A stretch of 64,000 nt of DNA from a virus (taxonomy: Duplodnaviria; Heunggongvirae; Uroviricota; Caudoviricetes): the IMG/VR virus record IMGVR_UViG_3300031993_000049; one strand, 5' to 3'. Numbering within the stretch: the stretch's first letter is position 1; every line of letters begins with the position of its first letter. A program made the translations under genes and the position numbers. The notes under the pieces were generated by a model. The model had not been told where the DNA came from, ran no database searches, and worked only from the letters and a program-made list of their open reading frames with translations. Positions 47,524 through 56,061 of this stretch are shown in pieces.

Positions 47524-47616
47524 AGTCAGTGGGAGAGCATACTCTAATATATTTTATCCAACTTAGCTTGGTGGAGTATGTGAATATTTTACCAAGCGAT
47601 GCTCTCGCCACTGACT
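47524..47616. repeat. large nested inverted repeat: outer 17-bp stem AGTCAGTGGGAGAGCAT / ATGCTCTCGCCACTGACT (one bulge), inner 7-bp stem GCTTGGT/ACCAAGC
   Basis: Read directly. Lies in a 357-bp gene-free gap. Confidence 0.7.
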
Positions 47617-47681
47617 TTCTAAAGATAACAATTAATTAAAGATATAGCCAACATGTATATCGTTACCAAAAATTTTATATT

Positions 47682-47945
47682 ATGACAAAAGATAAACTTG
47701 AAATACTAAATAGTTTAAAAAAACGTATTGAAGAATACGAACGTGCGCTTAAAAAACTCGCATTGAACGGTAGTAATCGTGAACATGGAATACATGATTA
47801 TCAATTTGGGTTGCTTTGGGAAAATCCAGTTTCATTTGATTATGAGCGTTCCATCGTATTTGTTGATGATAAATTAACAAAAGAATTCACTGTAATATTA
47901 GAAAAACGGCTTGAAGAATTGAAAAAACAATTTAATGAATTATGA
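47682..47945 (+). CDS. hypothetical protein
   Basis: Co-oriented ORF. Confidence 0.6.
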   Translation: MTKDKLEILNSLKKRIEEYERALKKLALNGSNREHGIHDYQFGLLWENPVSFDYERSIVFVDDKLTKEFTVILEKRLEELKKQFNEL

Positions 47946-48163
47946 GTATAACTGGAATAATTATTTTATTTGTATACCTTTTTGGGTTTGCAATTTCTTT
48001 TTGGATATTAGCAGCATATATAAGAAATAATGCTGATTACATAACCTTGTCAGAATTAGTGTGGATGTCGTTTTTGTCATTATTTTCTTGGATTGTTGCG
48101 TTTTCATTGTATATGGCTATATATAGTGACAAACCAATTATTAAATTTAAGAAAAAACATTAA
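47942..48163 (+). CDS. 2-TM membrane protein, paralog D2
   Basis: Similar to 23443-23688. Confidence 0.7.
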   Translation: MSITGIIILFVYLFGFAISFWILAAYIRNNADYITLSELVWMSFLSLFSWIVAFSLYMAIYSDKPIIKFKKKH

Positions 48164-48166
48164 AAT

Positions 48167-48934
48167 ATGGTAGAAAAATTACAACATATTACGTTTACTG
48201 GTGTCGACGGTAAAACCGACCTTGGTAGAATGTATGAAATTCAGGAAAAGTATCCACTTGTAGAGTGGGGCGTTCTCGTTGCCAAGAATTGGAGAGAGAA
48301 CGGTAATCGTTATTTCAATCCAAGTTATCTTAGTGCATTAGACGGCACTGGATTAAAACTATCTGCACATATGTGTGGTAGTATTGCCCGCGCTGCAGTA
48401 CAAGGTGATCTTAACCCATTCTTTGATTGGAGTAGAGGATATTGTCATATGTTTAATCGTTGTCAATTGAACATTTCAACTTCAAAAGAAAACCCTGCAA
48501 TTTTCAAGTATGAAGGTGATATATCAAATTATTTCAATGAAGTAATTCTTCAGCAAAAATCAGTACGTGACTGTGAATTATATGTTAAAAGTAAACTACA
48601 CAGAATCGACGAAGCAAGGAAAGATGGAATCACCTGTCTTATTGGTGCCGTAGCATTTGACAGGATTACTATGCTGCTTGATGCGTCTGGTGGTCTTGGT
48701 ATTGATACACCTGTTGAAGTATATCCTAATATAGATAAAGTTGGATATGCTGGCGGTATGAATGCATATAACGTTGCTGATAAGTTGGAATATCTTCTTA
48801 CCAATGACGACGTTCATGATTTCTGGATTGATATGGAATCTGGCGTACGTACAGATGATTGGTTCGATCTTGACAAGGTTGAAGAGGTCCTTGAAATATG
48901 CCAGGGTGTAATAAATAAACACAGTAATAAATAA
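48167..48934 (+). CDS. TIM-barrel protein with phosphoribosylanthranilate-isomerase-like (TrpF-fold) motifs
   Basis: N-terminal ITFTGVDGKTD. C-terminal MLLDASGGLGID..VGYAGGMNAYNV, resembling PRAI LLDSGGGTG / LAGGLNPENV. Weak call. Confidence 0.65.
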   Translation: MVEKLQHITFTGVDGKTDLGRMYEIQEKYPLVEWGVLVAKNWRENGNRYFNPSYLSALDGTGLKLSAHMCGSIARAAVQGDLNPFFDWSRGYCHMFNRCQLNISTSKENPAIFKYEGDISNYFNEVILQQKSVRDCELYVKSKLHRIDEARKDGITCLIGAVAFDRITMLLDASGGLGIDTPVEVYPNIDKVGYAGGMNAYNVADKLEYLLTNDDVHDFWIDMESGVRTDDWFDLDKVEEVLEICQGVINKHSNK

Positions 48935-48938
48935 AGAT

Positions 48939-49202
48939 ATGAACGAGAAACTGGATATTAAAAAGGCTCTTGAATTATCTTGTGAGATATTTTTAAATCT
49001 TGCCAGTCCTAAGATGTGGGGTTTAAAACCCGAAAAGGGTTGGTGTAGACCTTGTGTAATTGAACACGAGGGTGAATATTACTGTTTAAGAAACCCGAAC
49101 GAAGAGGTTTATTTCGAAGAGGCTTATTCTGATTTTACAGAAGATATAAAAAACGGAGTTTATGTTCCGACTGGAATAAAAGTAAATGAATCATATTTAT
49201 AA
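48939..49202 (+). CDS. hypothetical protein
   Basis: Co-oriented ORF. Confidence 0.6.
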   Translation: MNEKLDIKKALELSCEIFLNLASPKMWGLKPEKGWCRPCVIEHEGEYYCLRNPNEEVYFEEAYSDFTEDIKNGVYVPTGIKVNESYL

Positions 49203-49450
49203 TGGAAAAACCAATAGATAGACTATACAAATTTCTCCAAGATAACCACCCTGGTTATGACGAGTGTATGGTATGCAAATGTAAAGAAAAAGATTATGAA
49301 GGAAACGATAAAATTGAATACCTAATAATCGAAAAACATGAATGTGCTAGTGGAGATTTATTTCTCATTAACACACGTTTGTGGTATGATTACGATTTCA
49401 AGTGGAGAGACGGAGATCCTAATTGGGAAATAATTTTTAAAAGTAAATAA
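49202..49450 (+). CDS. hypothetical protein
   Basis: Co-oriented ORF. Confidence 0.6.
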   Translation: MEKPIDRLYKFLQDNHPGYDECMVCKCKEKDYEGNDKIEYLIIEKHECASGDLFLINTRLWYDYDFKWRDGDPNWEIIFKSK

Positions 49451-49451
49451 T

Positions 49452-49658
49452 ATGAAAGTAAGAGTAATTACAAGAGGTCCATTATTTTATTCTCAGTATT
49501 ACAATGAGGATAAATCAAAATGGTGTGAAACACATAGGCACGATGGTGCTTCTATTCAAAATCAGTTTAGTACGATACAGGAGGCTATTGAAGAATGCAA
49601 ATGGTTTGCAGAAAATAGTAACCAACCTAAAGTTGTTTGGGAAGGAGTAGTAGCATGA
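49452..49658 (+). CDS. hypothetical protein
   Basis: Co-oriented ORF. Confidence 0.55.
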   Translation: MKVRVITRGPLFYSQYYNEDKSKWCETHRHDGASIQNQFSTIQEAIEECKWFAENSNQPKVVWEGVVA

Positions 49659-49942
49659 AATATACAACATTTGAAATAAAAGAAGTGGAGATAGACGTTG
49701 ATTTTCAAAAGATATACGACTATATCTCCAGTGAAGATCACACAGATGATATTAATATCATAGGCGAAGATTTCGGTGATAATTTCCAACACTATATGTG
49801 GCAAGCCCTTGGCATTGAAATGGATAATGGATTCCTTGGTAGAGTACCGTCTGAATTTGATGGTCGTTATCTTGAACTCAATGATTTGGAAGATAAAATC
49901 TGTGACGATTTCTACGAGTGGTTAAAAGAAAACAAGAAGTAA
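49637..49942 (+). CDS. hypothetical acidic protein
   Basis: Co-oriented ORF. Confidence 0.6.
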   Translation: MGRSSSMKYTTFEIKEVEIDVDFQKIYDYISSEDHTDDINIIGEDFGDNFQHYMWQALGIEMDNGFLGRVPSEFDGRYLELNDLEDKICDDFYEWLKENKK

Positions 49943-49943
49943 T

Positions 49944-50294
49944 ATGGAACGAGTAATAGCAGCAGCATATAAGGTAAAACCTGAATTTGTATGCCATAAA
50001 AAACATGGCATAGCCAAGGTTGGTACTAATAGAACTGAGGTGGATGATATCTATCAGTGCAGAATTGGTCGGCACCACGCAGAGATACTTCATATATTTG
50101 GTAAAGAAGTTGATCATCATACAGATGGATTCTATACTTCTTATGGTAGATATGTAGACAGAGAAGAAGCGGCAAAGATTGCTATTGCTGCAGGACAAAT
50201 AAAAGAATGTCACTATTGGGGTCATAACAAACTTGATTCCAGTGACCTTTTTGATTTAGATTACGATGGTTATCCAATAGAATTTGATGAATAA
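49944..50294 (+). CDS. hypothetical protein
   Basis: Co-oriented ORF. Confidence 0.65.
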   Translation: MERVIAAAYKVKPEFVCHKKHGIAKVGTNRTEVDDIYQCRIGRHHAEILHIFGKEVDHHTDGFYTSYGRYVDREEAAKIAIAAGQIKECHYWGHNKLDSSDLFDLDYDGYPIEFDE

Positions 50295-50301
50295 ATGAAT
50301 T

Positions 50302-50736
50302 ATGAAAACAAGTGAACTTCAAAACGAAACCAGTTCTTTGATAAAAGAACATAGCAAATTGTATAAATTAATTGACGAAAAAGAAGAAGCCATTACAGTT
50401 AAAGCAAGGGAATTACTAAATGAATTGCGTAAACTGGATAATTGGGAGGTAATGATTGACGAGTGTAAAGACCACTATGAACGATTTCCTGACGAATTCT
50501 TTGATTGGTGTCATGTAGAATTTGAAAAAAATAAGGTTTATTTTGTGAAGAATTATAGTGATGACGATGACGATTATTATGTTCTTACTATTGATTTGTC
50601 TAAGCCTTTAGAAGATCAAATAAAGGAAAAACAAGAAAAGATAAAAAAAGACGAGGAAAAAGAAAAAGAAAAAATTAAGGCAAAAGAACTTGCCGAATTA
50701 AACCGTTTAAAAGAAAAATATGAAACATTACGATAG
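50302..50736 (+). CDS. hypothetical coiled-coil protein
   Basis: Co-oriented ORF. Confidence 0.6.
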   Translation: MKTSELQNETSSLIKEHSKLYKLIDEKEEAITVKARELLNELRKLDNWEVMIDECKDHYERFPDEFFDWCHVEFEKNKVYFVKNYSDDDDDYYVLTIDLSKPLEDQIKEKQEKIKKDEEKEKEKIKAKELAELNRLKEKYETLR

Positions 50737-51397
50737 TATACCGAGAATACAAGATGATGGCACTTTGAAAGGTGAAATGGTTGTAGGTTATAACAAACTG
50801 GATGGCCAAAACTTTTGTGTAGCATATAATTGTAGAAAGAAAACCTGGGGTCCTTACGGTTCCAGGACAGTGACTGTAGATGAAAACTCTGAACAGTTTG
50901 GAGAAACTGTAAAGTTCTTTAACAACTCTGATTACAAGGAGATTCTGGAAAGAATTGTGAAGGAGTTTTCTGGAAAGGGTGACGTGTTTAACGGTGTTGA
51001 TGAAATCACATTCATATTTGAATGGTATGGATGGAATTCATTTGCTGGGAAGCATAAAGAAGGTGATACGATGAACCTGGCTCTTATTGATGTATTCCTC
51101 AAAAAGAGAGGTTATATTGAACCAAAGAATTATGAAATGTGTTTCAGATATTGTGGTATTGAACTTCCCGATCTAATTTATTCAGGGCCGCTAAATAGCG
51201 AAATTATTGAAAAAGTTCAGAACAACGACTGGACACAACCTGATTGTTGGAATCCACACGTTCACGAAGGTGTTGTATTTAAAAGAACAACATTGCTTAA
51301 GGGTCAGCGTAGACCGTCTGTAAAGGTAAAAACAAAGTGGTGGATAGATAAACTTCATTCAATGTATAGTGAAGAGGAATGTAAAAAACTTGAGTAA
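50720..51397 (+). CDS. minimal Rnl2-like nucleotidyltransferase (second KxDG ligase)
   Basis: Motif I VGYNKLDGQNF (K ~ residue 26), motif IV HEGVVFK, motif V VKVKTKWW. No C-terminal domain. Confidence 0.65.
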   Translation: MKHYDSIPRIQDDGTLKGEMVVGYNKLDGQNFCVAYNCRKKTWGPYGSRTVTVDENSEQFGETVKFFNNSDYKEILERIVKEFSGKGDVFNGVDEITFIFEWYGWNSFAGKHKEGDTMNLALIDVFLKKRGYIEPKNYEMCFRYCGIELPDLIYSGPLNSEIIEKVQNNDWTQPDCWNPHVHEGVVFKRTTLLKGQRRPSVKVKTKWWIDKLHSMYSEEECKKLE

Positions 51398-51398
51398 T

Positions 51399-51791
51399 AT
51401 GACACCTGAAGAATTTAATACTAAAGTAGACTCTTTGAAAAAAGAATTTGACGATGTGGTTTATGAATATATAGATTCCAATAAAAAATATAGTATTGGT
51501 GATATTTTGAGGATATCATTCACTAAACGTGAAAAGAAATATTCATACAATTGTAAGATTGTAAACGTATATCTTAAACCAAATATGGTCGCATTATCAT
51601 TAACACAATGGCCAACATCAACCATACACTATTTTGCAAGATATTGTTGGAAAGATAAAGAATCTGGAGATATTGTAATTGGTGACCATTGTCCGATTGG
51701 TTATCTTGAAGGTGGGCATATTATTTGTGGCCATTTAGGAATAGATATGGATACATTAAAAATAGAAGTTATTGGAGTAAAAGATTTGTAA
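51399..51791 (+). CDS. hypothetical protein
   Basis: Trimmed to ATG after upstream stop. Confidence 0.6.
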   Translation: MTPEEFNTKVDSLKKEFDDVVYEYIDSNKKYSIGDILRISFTKREKKYSYNCKIVNVYLKPNMVALSLTQWPTSTIHYFARYCWKDKESGDIVIGDHCPIGYLEGGHIICGHLGIDMDTLKIEVIGVKDL

Positions 51792-51792
51792 T

Positions 51793-52080
51793 ATGGAAAC
51801 ACAAACTAGAACAAAGACTGTAGATTATACAGTGTACGTCGCAGAAGACGGTAAAGAATTTGATAAGAAGTCAGATTGCGAACTCCACGAGAAGTTCCTA
51901 CATGGAGACGCAAAAGAATGCCCTGAATGTCACGGAAAGGGTGAATTATGGGAAGAGTATGAAGATACCAATTACCACACAGGAGCACCTGAGACATATA
52001 CACGTTTTTATAAATGTCCTAAGTGCCAGGGTAAAGGTTATTTAATTAAGAAAGTTAAAACACAAACTTTTTGGGTATAA
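51793..52080 (+). CDS. zinc-ribbon protein (CPECHGKG ... CPKCQGKG)
   Basis: Two CxxCxGKG motifs. Confidence 0.6.
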   Translation: METQTRTKTVDYTVYVAEDGKEFDKKSDCELHEKFLHGDAKECPECHGKGELWEEYEDTNYHTGAPETYTRFYKCPKCQGKGYLIKKVKTQTFWV

Positions 52081-52081
52081 T

Positions 52082-52738
52082 ATGGATAAAGATTTTGAAC
52101 AATACAAACAAGAGGCAAAGGACCGACTATTGAAAGCAATAGAGGAACAGGACAAACTTATCAAAGCAAAGGAAGAACTTATTAAGGAACTTCAGACTGA
52201 CTTTGATAGGATTGCTCGTTTTCAGCCTGGTAGTTTTATTGTTAATGAATATGGGCGTGGTTTAGAACCAACTTATTTTCTAATTGTTGGTATGCCGATA
52301 ATTGAGGCGGGTAAGATAAAAATACCAATTAGACACCATATTTATCCAATCTTTCATGGGACATCCATTTCTCTGAATATGTCTGGTGTTATTGATATGG
52401 TAGTGGCACCACTGGATAAGATGGATAAAATTAAAATTATCACCGCCCAAGAGTATTTTGAATTACAGAAGTCTAAATTAAAAGATGATTTCGAAAAAAG
52501 TATTCCTGCCTATGAAAAACGTATTGAAAACTGCAGAGAAGAAATCAACGAAATTAAGAAAGATATAAAACACTATCAAGATATAATTAAGGAATATAAA
52601 TCGATTGATTTTGACACGGTGTATTCCGAATATATTGATAAATATTTGAAAACTGATAGATACAATGATGCGGTGTTCAAAACTAAAAAATCAAACTATT
52701 GTGATTCATATAGATATAATATAGATTTAAATGTATAA
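52082..52738 (+). CDS. hypothetical coiled-coil protein
   Basis: Co-oriented ORF. Confidence 0.65.
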   Translation: MDKDFEQYKQEAKDRLLKAIEEQDKLIKAKEELIKELQTDFDRIARFQPGSFIVNEYGRGLEPTYFLIVGMPIIEAGKIKIPIRHHIYPIFHGTSISLNMSGVIDMVVAPLDKMDKIKIITAQEYFELQKSKLKDDFEKSIPAYEKRIENCREEINEIKKDIKHYQDIIKEYKSIDFDTVYSEYIDKYLKTDRYNDAVFKTKKSNYCDSYRYNIDLNV

Positions 52739-52740
52739 CT

Positions 52741-52929
52741 ATGATAATCGTTAAAGATTTAAGAGTACACAACAAGTACAGATTCACACATTTGGGCTGT
52801 TGTGAGTTCATTGCAGAAGGTAATGAATTTAAATGGACAACTGTAGGATATAATGAAACAGTTGCCGATGTTATTTGTCCACAGTGTGGTAAACAATTTT
52901 ATGATAGTCCAACAGTAATACCAGAATAA
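52741..52929 (+). CDS. small zinc-ribbon-like protein
   Basis: Co-oriented ORF. Confidence 0.55.
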   Translation: MIIVKDLRVHNKYRFTHLGCCEFIAEGNEFKWTTVGYNETVADVICPQCGKQFYDSPTVIPE

Positions 52930-52931
52930 TT

Positions 52932-53324
52932 ATGGAACAGTTTGTTTGTACAACAATAGAACAGAGTAAGGCATTGCTTGACGCAGGCCTGGACATTGAA
53001 TCTGCAGATATGTATTATCGTTACGATTATAACGAACATACCTGTGAAAACAGTGTACCAAAAATACTTGAAGTATCAGTATGGGATGATCCTAATTGTA
53101 AAGATATACCAGCCTGGAGTGTTGGTAAATTGATCAATCTTATGCCTGATACAATGTATGGGCCATATCCGCCCGATCATTCAACGGACCTTATGATAAA
53201 TAATAAGGTAGTTAATTACTTTGACTGGACTGGAATGCAACATGGTCCCGATTTTACTGGCGGCAGTTTACGAGATAACTGTGTAGAAACAATAAAATGG
53301 CTATTAAAAAACGAAATCATATGA
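52932..53324 (+). CDS. Family-B-prime paralog (TIEQSKALLDAGLD)
   Basis: N-terminus similar to 2687. Confidence 0.65.
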   Translation: MEQFVCTTIEQSKALLDAGLDIESADMYYRYDYNEHTCENSVPKILEVSVWDDPNCKDIPAWSVGKLINLMPDTMYGPYPPDHSTDLMINNKVVNYFDWTGMQHGPDFTGGSLRDNCVETIKWLLKNEII

Positions 53325-53611
53325 CAAAGACATTTAGACAATTAGAACGAGGTGATAAGATTTTAGTTAAAAACATAACAAAACATGTACCTTGCAATGT
53401 TACAATAGACGACCATCATTACATAACGGAAGTTGTTAGTGAAGATAAAACAATGACTATTGACACATTCTCTCATTATGATAATGGTCTTGGAGGTAAG
53501 TTGGTAGAGTTTTATGCATATCCTTATTTAGGTGTAACTCTCAGATTTGAAATGGCTGTAGACGACTTAGATAAAACAGAAACAGAAAAATATAAAATAT
53601 TAGACATATGA
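53297..53611 (+). CDS. hypothetical protein
   Basis: Co-oriented ORF. True start may be the internal ATG at 53321. Confidence 0.5.
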   Translation: MAIKKRNHMTKTFRQLERGDKILVKNITKHVPCNVTIDDHHYITEVVSEDKTMTIDTFSHYDNGLGGKLVEFYAYPYLGVTLRFEMAVDDLDKTETEKYKILDI

Positions 53612-54006
53612 CAAATCAAGATAAAGAACTATTATTGAAAGACCTTTGTGGAAGGTTGTATTATGGCGTTAAATTTCACTATTTCTCAGAATTTGCTGAT
53701 GGTGAAGACCCAGAATTTGATAATACTATCGTAATGATAGATATGGCTGATGAGCAAATCCTTGACGAAGACCATGAAGATTATATTCCAATCAGACAGA
53801 TAGTGCCGTATCTCCGTCCATTATCTAGTATGACTGATGAAGAAGATAAAGAATTTGCTCTTCTTCAAACTGACTTTTATGTTGATGGGTTTCTTTATCC
53901 AATTGCAGCAGTAAATATGATTAATTGGCTTAATAAACATCATTTTGACTACAATGGATTAATTGAAAAAGGCTTAGCATTGGAGGCACCTAAAGATATG
54001 TATTAA
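53608..54006 (+). CDS. Family-A paralog 1 of tandem array
   Basis: MTNQDKELLLKDLCGRLYYGV ... VPYLRPLSSMTDEE ... HHFDYNGLIEKGLALEAPKDMY. Confidence 0.8.
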   Translation: MTNQDKELLLKDLCGRLYYGVKFHYFSEFADGEDPEFDNTIVMIDMADEQILDEDHEDYIPIRQIVPYLRPLSSMTDEEDKEFALLQTDFYVDGFLYPIAAVNMINWLNKHHFDYNGLIEKGLALEAPKDMY

Positions 54007-54008
54007 TT

Positions 54009-54413
54009 ATGGAAAAAGAAAAACAATATTTTAAGACTCAGATTACACGCAATGGATTAGATCTTATCGTTAAAGATATGTCTGCTCGTATAGCATACGG
54101 AGTAATGGTTTCCGATGTACATATGGATGGAGATGTATTAACCTCGCCATATAAATTGTGGGATATTATTATTGATGACTGGTACGATGAAAATTTTGAT
54201 AATTACCAAATGTGCTATCTTCGTCCCATGTCAAGTATGACAAAAAAAGAAAAAGAAGAGTTTGAAAAAACTTGTTTCTTTTCCAATGAGATTGGTACTA
54301 TTCAAACTATAGAAAGTGCTGATTGGTTAAATGCACATCACTTTGATTACCGTGGTTTAATTGAATTAGGTTTAGCATTTAAGGCCCCTAAAGATATGTA
54401 TAAATTCGAATAA
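54009..54413 (+). CDS. Family-A paralog 2 (divergent N-terminus)
   Basis: CYLRPMSSMTKKEKEE ... HHFDYRGLIELGLAFKAPKDMYKFE. Confidence 0.8.
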   Translation: MEKEKQYFKTQITRNGLDLIVKDMSARIAYGVMVSDVHMDGDVLTSPYKLWDIIIDDWYDENFDNYQMCYLRPMSSMTKKEKEEFEKTCFFSNEIGTIQTIESADWLNAHHFDYRGLIELGLAFKAPKDMYKFE

Positions 54414-54415
54414 TT

Positions 54416-54850
54416 ATGACACAAGAAGAAAAAGAATTATTAGCAAAAGATATTTTTAGTCGTGCAATGTGTGGATTAAAGGTACAATATCATGGAGAAA
54501 TATATACTTTGGGATATAACCTTTATCTGGAAGAAAGTTCAACAGCGTTTGAAAGTTATCCAATGAAATGTTTTCTAAGTAAGATTGAGGAAATTAAACC
54601 CTATCTTCGCCCAATGTCAAGTATGACTGAGGAAGAACGTAATGATTTTGAAGATGAATCTCATGGCTGGTTTTATGTTAATGATGATGGTGAAATATAT
54701 CCTATTGGTCAATTTACTGATAGTGGTGAATTTGAAGATGGAATATTAGGTGGTATAGAATATTTAAATAAAAACCATTTTGATTACCGTGGTTTAATTC
54801 ATAGAGAACTTGCTCTTGAAGCACCTGAAGATATGTATAAAACAAAATAA
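54416..54850 (+). CDS. Family-A paralog 3
   Basis: MTQEEKELLAKDIFSR ... KPYLRPMSSMTEEE ... NHFDYRGLIHRELALEAPEDMYK. Confidence 0.8.
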   Translation: MTQEEKELLAKDIFSRAMCGLKVQYHGEIYTLGYNLYLEESSTAFESYPMKCFLSKIEEIKPYLRPMSSMTEEERNDFEDESHGWFYVNDDGEIYPIGQFTDSGEFEDGILGGIEYLNKNHFDYRGLIHRELALEAPEDMYKTK

Positions 54851-54852
54851 CT

Positions 54853-55302
54853 ATGACACAAGAAGATAAAGAACTATTATTGACAGACATTTGTGCAAGA
54901 CTACCTTATGGTGTTAAAGTAGAAAATACAAGTTTTTCAGAATCACAAATACATACACTGTTCGGTAGAGTTTCTGATGATGAATTTCTGATGTTAGAAA
55001 CATATAAAAGTGTTGGTGGTGAAGATTATAGAAGAGTTACCGATGATATACATTATACAGGTTATTTAGAAAACATTAAACCTTATCTCCGTCCTATGTC
55101 AAGTATGACTGAAAAGGAATGTTATGAATTGCATTTCATTAGAAGCAATTTTACGGATAATTGGAAGTACATCAAGACTCCGATTCCGTTGAGTATCGCT
55201 AACTATAATCAAGTCGATTGGCTCAACAGTCATCACTTTGATTATCGAGGTTTAATTGAAAAAGGGCTTGCACTTGAAGCACCTGCAGATATGTATAAAT
55301 AA
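54853..55302 (+). CDS. Family-A paralog 4
   Basis: MTQEDKELLLTDICARLPYGV ... KPYLRPMSSMTEKE ... HHFDYRGLIEKGLALEAPADMYK. Confidence 0.8.
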   Translation: MTQEDKELLLTDICARLPYGVKVENTSFSESQIHTLFGRVSDDEFLMLETYKSVGGEDYRRVTDDIHYTGYLENIKPYLRPMSSMTEKECYELHFIRSNFTDNWKYIKTPIPLSIANYNQVDWLNSHHFDYRGLIEKGLALEAPADMYK

Positions 55303-55313
55303 CTTTTATTGAT

Positions 55314-55514
55314 ATGATAAAGACATGTTACTATGCTATTATAGATAAATGGTATGATACGTATATTGGCAATGACAACAAGAAACACCGTAAATACTAT
55401 ACTAATATAATACATTATATGGAAGGTGGATATCCAATGAAATACATAGAAAATATTAATAAACTACCTAGACATCAATATAGTTATATTTGGAGTTTTT
55501 GTCCAATTAAGTAA
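55314..55514 (+). CDS. hypothetical protein interrupting the array
   Basis: Co-oriented ORF. Confidence 0.5.
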   Translation: MIKTCYYAIIDKWYDTYIGNDNKKHRKYYTNIIHYMEGGYPMKYIENINKLPRHQYSYIWSFCPIK

Positions 55515-55527
55515 ATAATAGATAGAT

Positions 55528-55887
55528 ATGACACAGGAAGATAAAGAATTATTATTGAAAGATCTTTGTGCAAGGTTACCTTATGGCGTAATGTTATATG
55601 TTGAAGGTATAAAGAAAAATATTAAGTTATTTGCAGTTGAAGATACTGGAATAAACGGTTTTCAATTTCAGTTTGTTAAACCATATCTCCGTTCAATGTC
55701 TTCGATGACAGAAGATGAAATAGAAGAATATAATAATATAACTCTTATTCATACTCCTTGGGGCATTATGACAGACAGAATAATCGAATTAATCAATTTT
55801 CTCAACTCTCGCCACTTTGACTACAGAGGACTCATAGATAAAGGTATTGCACTTGAAGCACCTAAAGATATGTATAAATTTGATTAA
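55528..55887 (+). CDS. Family-A paralog 5
   Basis: MTQEDKELLLKDLCARLPYGV ... KPYLRSMSSMTEDE ... RHFDYRGLIDKGIALEAPKDMYKFD. Confidence 0.8.
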   Translation: MTQEDKELLLKDLCARLPYGVMLYVEGIKKNIKLFAVEDTGINGFQFQFVKPYLRSMSSMTEDEIEEYNNITLIHTPWGIMTDRIIELINFLNSRHFDYRGLIDKGIALEAPKDMYKFD

Positions 55888-55889
55888 TT

Positions 55890-56051
55890 ATGAAAAAATA
55901 TCACTCAAAAGGTACATGTTCTCAATGTCTTTTTGGTCCATATTATAAAAATGGTAAGAATTGGTGTACTGAGCATAATAGAGAAATTAAAAATCCAAAT
56001 ATAGAACATTGTAATCAATTTTGGAGAGGTGATTTTGCAAAAAGAAAATAA
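55890..56051 (+). CDS. small Cys-containing protein
   Basis: 53-aa ATG ORF (CSQC...CTEH...HC). Confidence 0.4.
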   Translation: MKKYHSKGTCSQCLFGPYYKNGKNWCTEHNREIKNPNIEHCNQFWRGDFAKRK

Positions 56052-56061
56052 TTTAAAAATT

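Noticed and set aside
47524-47540. tRNA D-arm-like sequence TAGTCAGTGGGAGAGCA
   Set aside because: No acceptor, anticodon or T arms can be folded around it. It is one arm of a perfect long hairpin, so it is not a tRNA gene. It is kept only as a possible att-site relic note.
47384-47611. 75-aa minus-strand ORF spanning the large inverted repeat
   Set aside because: It runs through a long palindrome. Both arms being translated into one protein is implausible. The element is treated as non-coding.
53608-55887. Possibility that the Family-A array is a CRISPR-like or tandem DNA repeat
   Set aside because: The units are 400-450 bp protein-coding genes of unequal length with diverged third positions. 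There are no short direct repeats or spacers. No CRISPR array is present anywhere in the window.
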